This document shows positions 35,614-44,903 of a DNA stretch of 64,000 bases, piece by piece. Position 1 is the first letter of the stretch, and the number at the start of each line of letters is the position of its first letter. Below the pieces are notes generated by a model. It saw only the letters and a program-made list of their open reading frames with translations, was not told the origin of the DNA and made no database searches. A program made the translations under genes and the position numbers. Source of the stretch: a virus (Duplodnaviria > Caudoviricetes); the IMG/VR virus record IMGVR_UViG_3300008116_000002. One strand, given 5' to 3'.

Positions 35614-37233
35614 ATGCCATCACAAAGAAATTTTTCAAACGTAAATGTAGGTACCTCTCCTAATAGCGGAGATGGAGATCTTTTACGAGATGCATTTACA
35701 AAGGTAAATGAAAACTTTTATTCTTTGTATTCCGGAGGGCAATTTTTAGGGTTTCCTACAGATGGTAGACTTACTCCAGGATATACTTGGGCAAATGATA
35801 AAGATACAGGTATGTATCGTTTAGGTCCAGGTAGAATTGGATTTACTCTAAACGGGTCGGACTCTTTAAATTTAAATGAGGATGGTACTATTACATGGTT
35901 TAGCGCCCCCTTAGCTACGCAAGGATATGTTAATTCTCAGTTAACAAATTTTACCGGCGGAGTTAGTGCAGCTAATATCACAGTTGTTGTGGGTACAACC
36001 TCAGCGAATGTTACTGTAAATGGCGTTCCAGTGGTTTCTTCGTTACCCACTTTAGGCAACCACGAAGGTCGAATAGTATTTTTTAATGGTGATGTTTGGA
36101 TATTTACTGGTTATCCTACCGGCAATGGTGGAGGATTACCGGCAAACCCGGGAATCGCTAGATTGGCAGGATCGGATTATAGATGGGTGAGATTCAGAGG
36201 TGACAATGCGATTCCAATTGGTACAGTTAAACCAGAAACTGCGCCCGAGGGAACTATCTTTTATGAAACCGGCAATGCCAAACCATACCTATTTTTATCA
36301 GGTTCATGGAGAACTTTATCCAGCGTAATAACATCAAGTGCACCCTCTGGTTTAGAAGTGTTAGTTTCTTTACCGGCAACAGGTAGTCCAGATAATTATT
36401 CAGGAAGAACGGTTGTTGTTGGAAGCATTGCTTATATCTTCATAAGCGGTCAATGGAGAACTTTAAGTAGTTACGTATCAGGCGCGGGTGGTTCGGGTGG
36501 TATTAGTTTTGGAACTTCTTTACCTGCTACAGCAAACGTTGGAGAATTGTTTAGAGTAACGGCAGGTTCTGCGACACTTCCGGGATTATACATTTATGAT
36601 ACAACTTGGAAATCTATTCCTCAATATACCGCAAATACAGTAATTGCTAGAATTCCGACTCTTGCAGCTTTGCCAACAGATACAACTTATTATAATCCCG
36701 GCGATTTAGTTATTGTTGGTTCAGCAACATATATTTTAAATACGACAAAAACTTCTTGGGATTTCTTTACACCTAATAGCGGTTCGGGCACTATTACTGG
36801 CATTGCGCTAAACCCAAATCAAGTAGGTACTACAGAATTAGCTGCAAATGCAGTGACTGCCGCGAAGATTGCATCAAATACAATTATTAGTTCAAAACTA
36901 GTAAGTAATACTTTAACCACAAGAGAGTTTGCGGATAATTCCGTCACATCTGCAAAATTGGCAGCAAACTCTATAACAACAAGCAAAATTCAAGATAATT
37001 CTATTACTGGTGAAAAGATTGCCGCTAACACTATTAATGGTGCTAAAATAGTTTCTGGAACTATTGGTAGATCTCAGTTAGCACCAAATGTATTCACAGG
37101 TGTAACCGTTAGCGCAAATAATCTAGCTGAAATTTCGTTAAACTTAGGAACTATAACGTCGGGAGTTTTAAGATCATCAGATAATAGATTTGTAATAGAT
37201 TTGAATAATAAATCAATTAGAATAGAATTGTAA
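35614..37233 (+). CDS. Tail fibre with gp9/gp10-like baseplate anchor
   Basis: NVGTSPNSGDGDLLRDAFTKVNENF anchor motif; knob repeats; C-terminal 10-residue repeats (ADNSVTSAKL type). Confidence 0.7.
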   Translation: MPSQRNFSNVNVGTSPNSGDGDLLRDAFTKVNENFYSLYSGGQFLGFPTDGRLTPGYTWANDKDTGMYRLGPGRIGFTLNGSDSLNLNEDGTITWFSAPLATQGYVNSQLTNFTGGVSAANITVVVGTTSANVTVNGVPVVSSLPTLGNHEGRIVFFNGDVWIFTGYPTGNGGGLPANPGIARLAGSDYRWVRFRGDNAIPIGTVKPETAPEGTIFYETGNAKPYLFLSGSWRTLSSVITSSAPSGLEVLVSLPATGSPDNYSGRTVVVGSIAYIFISGQWRTLSSYVSGAGGSGGISFGTSLPATANVGELFRVTAGSATLPGLYIYDTTWKSIPQYTANTVIARIPTLAALPTDTTYYNPGDLVIVGSATYILNTTKTSWDFFTPNSGSGTITGIALNPNQVGTTELAANAVTAAKIASNTIISSKLVSNTLTTREFADNSVTSAKLAANSITTSKIQDNSITGEKIAANTINGAKIVSGTIGRSQLAPNVFTGVTVSANNLAEISLNLGTITSGVLRSSDNRFVIDLNNKSIRIEL

Positions 37234-37234
37234 A

Positions 37235-37882
37235 ATGTTAGGTCATAATGTTTCTGATGAATTATTACAATTATTAGAAGTTGAGAAAAGATTAGAATTG
37301 ACTCAACGAGAGGGAAAACTTTTTAAAAGAGCAAATGATGAAAATACTGTAGCAGTATTATTGAAAAAAGATAATTCCGAAATATCTAAATTGACTTTAG
37401 AAGAAAGATCAGAAATGAATCACTCTAAAGTCATTTTCGTAACTATAGGGTCATCTAAAAACTTTTCAGAAGTTTTTATACCTAATAGATATTTTGAAGA
37501 TTTTAGTTATGAGGGAAGACCTTTTATACATGGGATGTTTGATTGTTACACGTTAGTCAGAGATTATTATAAAAGAAAATTTAATATCTTTTTACCAACT
37601 AATATACAAAGAGATTGGGAGTGGTGGAATAAAGGAGAGAATCTTTATTTAGAAAATGCTAAAAATTGTTTATTCGAGGAAGTAGAAGATATTAAAAAGC
37701 ATGATGTCTTACTTATGAAAATTAATAGTCCAGTACCAAATCATGCTGCAATTTATTTAGGGGAAGGAAAAATACTGCATCATATGGCTGGTAGATTTTC
37801 CACAATACAGAATTTAACTTTTTCCTACAAACAAAAAATTTCAATAATTTATAGAAATAATTTATTAAAAAATGTCAACTAA
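37235..37882 (+). CDS. NlpC/P60 protein resembling lambda tail protein K
   Basis: GRPFIHGMFDCYTLVRDYY, GENLYLEN, DVLLM...PNHAAIYLGEGKILHH. Confidence 0.85.
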   Translation: MLGHNVSDELLQLLEVEKRLELTQREGKLFKRANDENTVAVLLKKDNSEISKLTLEERSEMNHSKVIFVTIGSSKNFSEVFIPNRYFEDFSYEGRPFIHGMFDCYTLVRDYYKRKFNIFLPTNIQRDWEWWNKGENLYLENAKNCLFEEVEDIKKHDVLLMKINSPVPNHAAIYLGEGKILHHMAGRFSTIQNLTFSYKQKISIIYRNNLLKNVN

Positions 37883-38402
37883 TGTTTTATGGGCGGGTAC
37901 CGTATCTGGTAGAAAAATAGTTTCTATCTTTAATAATCCGGACGGACAAACCGGAAGTAATGTTCCTTTGAATAATCCTTTACCAAATTTAAATAGAATT
38001 TATTTTGATTCTAGATTTGAATATCTTAGTATAACTTCAAAAACAGAATTTATTCAAGCATATCCATCTATAGATGTAAATACTGATCCAAATAATAACA
38101 AAGGCAAAGAGGCTTCAGAATACCCAAAACAGGGAACCAATACTTACACTATATTTAGACATAATTTGGGATATCCTCCTGCCGTTGTAGTAATAGATTA
38201 CGATACGAGGGAATTAATAGGATCCAATATGTTTGTTCAAAATTTAGATAATAACTCTTATAGAACAGCGACTCTTATGGTAGATACTACAAACGTATAT
38301 TTGAAAGAAAAATATTTCGTACGAAGAGTAGGATTGCCCGCAATAACTAGAAGATATACTTTACTAATTTTTGAAAATACTGCACAGGTAACTTTAGTAT
38401 AA
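37872..38402 (+). CDS. Hypothetical tail-associated protein
   Basis: 176-aa ORF in fibre operon; IYFDSRFEYL and FRHNLGYPP motifs. Confidence 0.55.
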   Translation: MSTNVLWAGTVSGRKIVSIFNNPDGQTGSNVPLNNPLPNLNRIYFDSRFEYLSITSKTEFIQAYPSIDVNTDPNNNKGKEASEYPKQGTNTYTIFRHNLGYPPAVVVIDYDTRELIGSNMFVQNLDNNSYRTATLMVDTTNVYLKEKYFVRRVGLPAITRRYTLLIFENTAQVTLV

Positions 38403-38404
38403 TC

Positions 38405-39577
38405 ATGTCTAAATACTTAATTAATTTAACCGCAAATTTAGTCACTTTAGGTAATGTATTCACCACGGAAAGAAGTTATTTGTATAAAAATCCTGAACAA
38501 TATTACGCAGGATCATCTTTTGCATTCACTAAAACGTTGTATGTACCCGAACTTAGAGTATTTCAGGAAACGTTAGAAGGATTATCTATAACAAATTTTA
38601 CGCAAATTCCTTTGCGGGAAAGTTTACCTCCAGATATACCGTTTTCTGGACCTTTTTTGCAAAACTATTCTGCAGATGGCACTCTAAATACTTCATCATT
38701 CATTAACTTATTATTAATTGATAAGCCACCTCTTAGAACAGGATTTTTCGATTTTTATGTTAATGGATATATATTCTCAGGGCTTATAACTAAACTTACG
38801 CAGTATAAACATTATAATTGGCAACAGGATGGTTCTAAATATAGTTATATAGAGCAACCAGTACCATTAGGATATGGTATACAAATAAGTTCTAACCAAT
38901 TATATACTGCAGAACTAGAATCCGACGGAAGTTATTCTTTGTTCCCCACCCCCTTATTTTTATTTTTATCGAGTTTAACTGGAAATGAAGAAATACTTTC
39001 ATCTGCTTCTAACTTAGATCCAAACACATATACTAATAATATACCCGGGTTACCTGAAGGCACTACTTTAGATTCTTTTCCTATAAGTAATACTATAGGT
39101 TCCTTACCGATAAGTTTATTCTATATTTCTGAGGCAGATGCTTTAAGATATATTGCATCATATCCAAATCTAATAGAAAGTGTCGGAAATAGTCCTACTG
39201 TAGGACAACAACTTTATGCGTCTGCTACAAGTAACAAAGAAATAACGTTCGATCCAATTTCATATCTGAACAAATATTCTGACGTTAGGCAATTATATGG
39301 ATATGATACTTATGGTGCGACTGTACATTATATAACGATAGGGTATTATCAGGGAAGAACAATAGATAATGCTAGCTCAGAAAATACTTTAACTGGCGGT
39401 TTATATGATGAGCGAAATAGTGCTATTGATTTAACTAATAATTTAATAATTTGGCCTGAGGGTGAGACAATAGTTCCCTTGGGAGCCGGATTATCATACA
39501 AATATAATACGAGAACATATTTTTTAAATACCTCAGTTGAATTAGAAGGTAATTTAAAATATTTGGGAGTTCATTGA
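38405..39577 (+). CDS. Virion protein with bacterial surface-protein-like repeat
   Basis: YIASYPNLIESVG and FDPISYLNKYSDV...ATVHYITIGYYQGR repeats at 39149-39358. Confidence 0.55.
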   Translation: MSKYLINLTANLVTLGNVFTTERSYLYKNPEQYYAGSSFAFTKTLYVPELRVFQETLEGLSITNFTQIPLRESLPPDIPFSGPFLQNYSADGTLNTSSFINLLLIDKPPLRTGFFDFYVNGYIFSGLITKLTQYKHYNWQQDGSKYSYIEQPVPLGYGIQISSNQLYTAELESDGSYSLFPTPLFLFLSSLTGNEEILSSASNLDPNTYTNNIPGLPEGTTLDSFPISNTIGSLPISLFYISEADALRYIASYPNLIESVGNSPTVGQQLYASATSNKEITFDPISYLNKYSDVRQLYGYDTYGATVHYITIGYYQGRTIDNASSENTLTGGLYDERNSAIDLTNNLIIWPEGETIVPLGAGLSYKYNTRTYFLNTSVELEGNLKYLGVH

Positions 39578-40059
39578 TGAGTATTATTATAGAGAAAGAT
39601 AATTTTTTGATAACCGATGGTTTAGGTAAAACTAAATTTTCTTTAGATAGAAGAATTCCTCACATTATTTACAATTTACCTGGACTTAATACAATACCTA
39701 GAATTACAGAAGCAGACCCAACCGCATCTAATATTGAAAGAACTGATGAGATAATTCTTATCAATAATACGTTAATAAATACTGATGATTATTTTATTCT
39801 TCCATTTATATCTATAAATGGGGGATACGCAGATTCGGGCGATGCCGTAATTAATGCGACAGGATCAACTGTACTTAGAATCATAAAGCAGCCAAGTTCT
39901 GGAGAATTTTTAGGTTCTAGTATTTTAACTTTTAAAGTAGAACCTGAAACTTTAAAAATTGTATGTAAACATAGTTTCGAAAGAAAAGGATATACCAATA
40001 TAGAAGGGGATGACCCGATTGTTATATCCTACAGAGTATACTACGGGAGATTTTCATGA
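39574..40059 (+). CDS. Hypothetical tail-associated protein
   Basis: 161-aa ORF, coupled start/stop. Confidence 0.55.
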   Translation: MMSIIIEKDNFLITDGLGKTKFSLDRRIPHIIYNLPGLNTIPRITEADPTASNIERTDEIILINNTLINTDDYFILPFISINGGYADSGDAVINATGSTVLRIIKQPSSGEFLGSSILTFKVEPETLKIVCKHSFERKGYTNIEGDDPIVISYRVYYGRFS

Positions 40060-40274
40060 CACTACAAGTGACGAATTTATCAGTTAACTATTTAGAAGAC
40101 TTTACTAAGATTACCTTAGAAGTTTATACGATGCAAGGTACCGTAGAAAAATTAAAAGATAAATTAATTCTAACACTGCCCGGTAAATATAATTCTATTA
40201 ACGATACTTTAATGGAAGAAGTCGAAAAAGAATTAGTAAAAAACGGATTTAATTACACACCTTTGGTAAACTAA
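40056..40274 (+). CDS. Hypothetical protein (72 aa)
   Basis: ATGA overlap with the upstream stop. Confidence 0.5.
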   Translation: MTLQVTNLSVNYLEDFTKITLEVYTMQGTVEKLKDKLILTLPGKYNSINDTLMEEVEKELVKNGFNYTPLVN

Positions 40275-40276
40275 AA

Positions 40277-41848
40277 ATGGTTACACAAGTTAACAGCCTT
40301 GCCTCTCAACTAGCCTTTGTAGATAAAATACGAGGTAGAAGAAGATCTATAACTGAAACTATAAGATTAGTAAATTCTATTGCAGCAAACACTGCATACG
40401 TAGAACAATTTGGAGCAATCGGTAATGGCACCACAGATGATTCTGCTGCATTTCAATCAGCGATTGATAGTCTTGGTACTACCGGCGGAAAGATAATTTT
40501 ATCTAATGATAGGGTTTATCGTATAGCATCAAATATAACGATCAAACCAAGTTGCCATCTTGAAGGGCAACAAAATATGATTGGTAGTAATGGTTATAAT
40601 TATTTTACCAATTATAATGCAATAGGTGGTTCTATTCGCTTAGATTCTAGAGCAACTATTAATATGAGATCTGGCTCTAGTATAAGCAAGATGTTGATTA
40701 GGCAAAGTAATTTAAATTATCTAAGTCCTACTTCTTTTGCCGGAACAGCTATTACTATATCAGGATCCATAACTAATCTTGGTAATACTGCAATAGCCGC
40801 GGATGATACCAGTGTCAGCGATGTTATGATACTAGGATTTAATCAGGCGATTTTTGCGAATAACTCTCAGCGTTTGCGAGTTACCCAATGTAATATTGAT
40901 TCTAATAACGGTATCCTAGTTAATTCCGCATATGATGTGCCTGTTATTAATCGTGTACATTGCTGGCCTTTTGCAACTATAGCAGCAGTAGCCAGAGGGT
41001 GGGCACCGAATCCTGGTGGTAACGCATTGACCAGAGTTGGTACTGCGTACAAGTTTCAGAATACTGTAGATTGGGGTAAAATTACTGATAGTTTTTCGTA
41101 CGGATATCAACGAGGATTTTGGGTAGATAGTAGTAATAGTTGCGAACTTACAGGTTGCGGCGCCGATAATGTACCCGAAGCCGGAGCTGGAGGTACAGGC
41201 CAAAGTGGAGATATTGGATTCTTAGTTACAGGCGGTAGTACAGATACATTATTAACTAATTGCCAATCTGCAAGTAATGAAAAAGGGTTTTATATTAACA
41301 CGTTGAACAATCTACCCACTCAACTTACTAATTGCGTAGGTTGGTATAATAGAGACCATGGAGTACTAGTAGAAGGTGGCGATGTCACAGTACTTGGGGG
41401 AATTTATAGAAATAGTCAGTATGGAATTAAGGTTGATAGTGCTTCTAGTAATATAAATCTGCAGACAATTAGATTTAGCGATATTAGTACGAAACCTGTA
41501 TTTAGTGCGGGGCCTTCCATAATTATGGAAGGAATTCATTTTGAAAATTGGACCAACAGTTCTCCTGCAATTTTCCCAACATCTAATATCACTGTTCCTG
41601 TTAGCAATGTACTAACTATTCCGAATGAGGGCAAATTCTTTAACGTAACCAGTGCTAGCGGTTTGGGTAACGTACAATATGGATGGCCGGGTAGAACTGT
41701 AACTTTTAAATTTAATTCCAATATTATAGTGTTACAATCAACGGGCGATGCCGGAGGAATTAATTTGAAATCCACTGCAAATACTATGGTATTAACTAAC
41801 GGCACCTTAACGATAGTTAGTGACGGTACTTCTTGGTATGAAACCTAA
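40277..41848 (+). CDS. Pectate-lyase-like beta-helix protein (tailspike / depolymerase)
   Basis: VEQFGAIGNGTTDDSAAFQSAID...GGKIIL motif followed by beta-helix rungs. Confidence 0.8.
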   Translation: MVTQVNSLASQLAFVDKIRGRRRSITETIRLVNSIAANTAYVEQFGAIGNGTTDDSAAFQSAIDSLGTTGGKIILSNDRVYRIASNITIKPSCHLEGQQNMIGSNGYNYFTNYNAIGGSIRLDSRATINMRSGSSISKMLIRQSNLNYLSPTSFAGTAITISGSITNLGNTAIAADDTSVSDVMILGFNQAIFANNSQRLRVTQCNIDSNNGILVNSAYDVPVINRVHCWPFATIAAVARGWAPNPGGNALTRVGTAYKFQNTVDWGKITDSFSYGYQRGFWVDSSNSCELTGCGADNVPEAGAGGTGQSGDIGFLVTGGSTDTLLTNCQSASNEKGFYINTLNNLPTQLTNCVGWYNRDHGVLVEGGDVTVLGGIYRNSQYGIKVDSASSNINLQTIRFSDISTKPVFSAGPSIIMEGIHFENWTNSSPAIFPTSNITVPVSNVLTIPNEGKFFNVTSASGLGNVQYGWPGRTVTFKFNSNIIVLQSTGDAGGINLKSTANTMVLTNGTLTIVSDGTSWYET

Positions 41849-41858
41849 GGTAAGATAA

Positions 41859-42191
41859 ATGGCTTCTACAAAAAATTTAGTAATAGATAAGGGAACTACT
41901 TTTGTCGAGTATATTAATTATTTAGACAATAGTAAAAATCCTATATCTTTACAAGGTTATACCGTTGCGGGTCAAATGCGCAGATCGTTTTACACGGCAA
42001 ATGCTATAACTTTCACTGCTAACATTGTTGATGCCGCAAATGGGAATGTTCAAATTTCTTTGACGGCGTCAGAAACAGCAAATATAAAAGATGGCAGATA
42101 TGTGTATGATGTTGAGGCAACAAGCAATGCTACGGTTAAAAGAATAATAGAAGGTTTGGTAACAGTATACCCCGGAGTTACAAATGTCTAA
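41859..42191 (+). CDS. Conserved small virion protein upstream of neck genes
   Basis: NLVIDKGTTF...GNVQISLT...GRYVYDVE...RIIEGLVTVYPGVT. Confidence 0.7.
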   Translation: MASTKNLVIDKGTTFVEYINYLDNSKNPISLQGYTVAGQMRRSFYTANAITFTANIVDAANGNVQISLTASETANIKDGRYVYDVEATSNATVKRIIEGLVTVYPGVTNV

Positions 42192-42927
42192 GGTAACCAA
42201 CAGAGAACAATTAAGAGATTACTGCCTAAGAAGATTGGGTAGCCCTGTCATTGAAATTAACATTGACGATGATCAAATTGAAGATCGTATTGATGACGCA
42301 TTCCAATTCTACAGAGAATATCATTATGATGCAGTAGAATTAGTTTATTTGAAGCATGAAATTACTACAGAAAATTTAGCCAATGGCTATATTGAAATGA
42401 GCGATGCAGTTGTCGGAGTGAATAATATTTTTCCGTTTACTAATAAAACTACAGGAAATAATTTATTCAGCCTTCAATATCAAATTTTAATTAATGATCT
42501 TTACAGCCTAATGTCTACAGATTTAATTTATTATTATCAGGTTAAAAGACATATTGAACTATTGAGTCAGCTTTTATCAGGAACTAAACCGATTAGATTC
42601 AATCGTCATATGAATAGATTATTTGTAGATATGAGCTGGGATGATAATCTAGATGTAGGAGACTATATTATAGTAGAAGCATATCGAATCTTAGATCCCG
42701 AGACATATCGAGATGTTTACGATGATCGTTTCTTGAAGATGTATACTACTGCTTTAATTAAGAGACAATGGGGGGAGAATTTGAAGAAGTTCTCCGGAGT
42801 ACAACTCCCTGCAGGAGTAACAATTAATGCAGATAAAATTTATGACGAAGCAGTCGTTGAATTAAAACAGATTGAAGATGATATGCAGTCTAGCTTCGAA
42901 TTACCTGTGAACTTTTATACAGGATAA
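42184..42927 (+). CDS. gp13: Neck protein gp13
   Basis: REQLRDYCLRRLGSPVIEINIDDDQIEDRIDDA, KRQWGENLKKF-x-GVQLP. Confidence 0.93.
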   Translation: MSKVTNREQLRDYCLRRLGSPVIEINIDDDQIEDRIDDAFQFYREYHYDAVELVYLKHEITTENLANGYIEMSDAVVGVNNIFPFTNKTTGNNLFSLQYQILINDLYSLMSTDLIYYYQVKRHIELLSQLLSGTKPIRFNRHMNRLFVDMSWDDNLDVGDYIIVEAYRILDPETYRDVYDDRFLKMYTTALIKRQWGENLKKFSGVQLPAGVTINADKIYDEAVVELKQIEDDMQSSFELPVNFYTG

Positions 42928-42949
42928 TTATTAACAGGGTACATAGCAG

Positions 42950-42978
42950 AGTCTAATACCTGGTCAATAGAAAGTCAA
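42950..42978 (-). promoter_or_regulatory. sigma70-type promoter antisense to the late operon
   Basis: Minus strand TTGACT (42978-42973), 17 nt, TAGACT (42955-42950); a second TTGACC lies in the spacer. Confidence 0.65.
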
Positions 42979-42985
42979 TACTTTT

Positions 42986-43729
42986 ATGCCTACAGTTAAC
43001 CAATATTTTCAATCGGGAAGAAGTATTGGGGTTGCCTCTGAGCAAAACCTTTATGAGGATTTGATTATAGAATCCATGAAGATTTATGGGTTCGAGGTTT
43101 ACTATCTACCTAGAAAACCTGCAGGGTATGATGATATTCTAACTGAGAATACTGGAAATTATTATGAAAACGCATATCCCATTGAAATGTATATGGAAAA
43201 TGTACAGGGGTTTCAGGGCGAGGGCGAACTGCTAACTAAGTTTGGTTTGGAAATTAGAGATTCGGCAAATTTTGTAGTTGCAAGAAAACGATGGTCGGAA
43301 ACGATAGGTAGTACGGGCAACTCTATACTACCAGAAAGACCCGCTGAAGGAGATTTAATTTATTTTCCTTTAACCAAAGGTATTTTTGAGATACGAAAGG
43401 TTGATGGGCATGAACCTTTTTATCAGATAGGCAAGTTATACACATTCAAGTTATATTGCGAATTGATGCAGTTCTCCAATGAAAGATTTAATACAGGAGT
43501 TGCTGAGATAGATGAAATTGCTGCAGGATTTGATCTTGGTGTTGATAATTTTGAGTTGGTACAAGAAAATGACGAAAGTATATTGCTTGAAACTAATGAG
43601 TTAACACCTATGATACAAGAAGGATATACTTCAGATAAACCGTTTGTTCTTGCAGATAATGAAAAATTCGAAAAAGAAAAAGATTCGGTTTTAGATTTTA
43701 CTGAAAAAAATCCGTTTGGAGATATTTAA
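42986..43729 (+). CDS. gp14: Neck protein gp14
   Basis: EQNLYEDLIIESMKIYG, LTKFGLEIRD, RPAEGDLIYFP, PFYQIGK, FTEKNPFG. Confidence 0.93.
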   Translation: MPTVNQYFQSGRSIGVASEQNLYEDLIIESMKIYGFEVYYLPRKPAGYDDILTENTGNYYENAYPIEMYMENVQGFQGEGELLTKFGLEIRDSANFVVARKRWSETIGSTGNSILPERPAEGDLIYFPLTKGIFEIRKVDGHEPFYQIGKLYTFKLYCELMQFSNERFNTGVAEIDEIAAGFDLGVDNFELVQENDESILLETNELTPMIQEGYTSDKPFVLADNEKFEKEKDSVLDFTEKNPFGDI

Positions 43730-44475
43730 TGTTAGATCAAAGATACTATTGGGGAACAGTTAGAAAGGCAATCGTTGCGTTTGGTAATATGTTTAATAAT
43801 ATTACCATCGAAAAGAAGGGGCCTAATAATACAACTATTGTTCAAAGAGTACCCTTATCGTATTCTCCTAAACAAAAGTTTTTAGCAAGAATAAATCAAC
43901 AACCAAATGTTGATAAAGCTAGCATGCAGGTAATTTTGCCTCGCATGGGGTTTGAAATGGTTGCAATGGATTATGATCCTAACAGAAAAATTAGTCCCCT
44001 GCAACAAACTAGATCTCTAAGTGGTTCTACAACTGCAAGTACTCAGTATGCACCTACTCCTTATAATCTTACAGTTTTACTTTACATCTATGCAAGAAAT
44101 CAGGACGATGGTCTGCAAATAATAGAACAAATTTTACCGTATTTTAATCCTGATTATAATTTAACGTTAAAGGCAATACCCGAATTAAATATTCAGAATG
44201 ATCTACCTATACTTTTAAATACTATAGGATTTGAGGATGATTATGAGGGAGATTTTACTACAAGAAGATCTGTAACTTGGACGTTGGGATTTACTGTAAA
44301 ATTAAACTTCTATGGCCCTATTACCAAAACAGGAATCATCAAGAAAGTTATTGCAAATACTTTTGATAATAAGGATTTAACTAATCAAAGACAAAAAATT
44401 ACTGTACAAACTAATCCTAATACTGCAAATGTATCTGATGATTATAGTTATTTAGAAGTGTTTGAAGATTTTTAA
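43729..44475 (+). CDS. gp15: Tail sheath stabiliser gp15
   Basis: YYWGTVRKAIVAFGNMFN, VPLSYSPKQKFLAR, LPRMGFEM, QIIEQILPYFNP. Confidence 0.93.
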   Translation: MLDQRYYWGTVRKAIVAFGNMFNNITIEKKGPNNTTIVQRVPLSYSPKQKFLARINQQPNVDKASMQVILPRMGFEMVAMDYDPNRKISPLQQTRSLSGSTTASTQYAPTPYNLTVLLYIYARNQDDGLQIIEQILPYFNPDYNLTLKAIPELNIQNDLPILLNTIGFEDDYEGDFTTRRSVTWTLGFTVKLNFYGPITKTGIIKKVIANTFDNKDLTNQRQKITVQTNPNTANVSDDYSYLEVFEDF

Positions 44476-44477
44476 AA

Positions 44478-44903
44478 ATGAAAAACTTAAAAAAATTAGA
44501 TTCGTTATTTGACCTTGATCCGATGCCAGAATCATCTTCAGAATTAATTGTTCCTGAAAAAATGAATAGTAATAAATCATTGGATCAGGAGGATGACTAT
44601 CAACTAGCAAGACAAACTCTGAGAAAATTAATTCTAAAGGGGGATGATACTTTAGATAATTTAATAGAGTTATCTAAAAATTCTGAGACTCCGAGGCATT
44701 ACGAAGTTGCTGGACAGTTTATCAAAACATTATCTGATGTGTCTAAAGACTTACTTGCACTCCAAAAACAAGTTAAGGATTTAGAAGTACAAGATTCTCC
44801 TAACCATATTAATACTCAGAATAACGTAGTATTTGCGGGGTCAACTAATGATCTTATGAAACTGCTAGGCAAAAAAGATAATGGCAAGTCAATCGACCAA
44901 TAA
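44478..44903 (+). CDS. gp16: Terminase small subunit gp16
   Basis: DDYQLARQTL, TPRHYEVAGQ, NNVVFAGSTNDLMK. Confidence 0.9.
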   Translation: MKNLKKLDSLFDLDPMPESSSELIVPEKMNSNKSLDQEDDYQLARQTLRKLILKGDDTLDNLIELSKNSETPRHYEVAGQFIKTLSDVSKDLLALQKQVKDLEVQDSPNHINTQNNVVFAGSTNDLMKLLGKKDNGKSIDQ

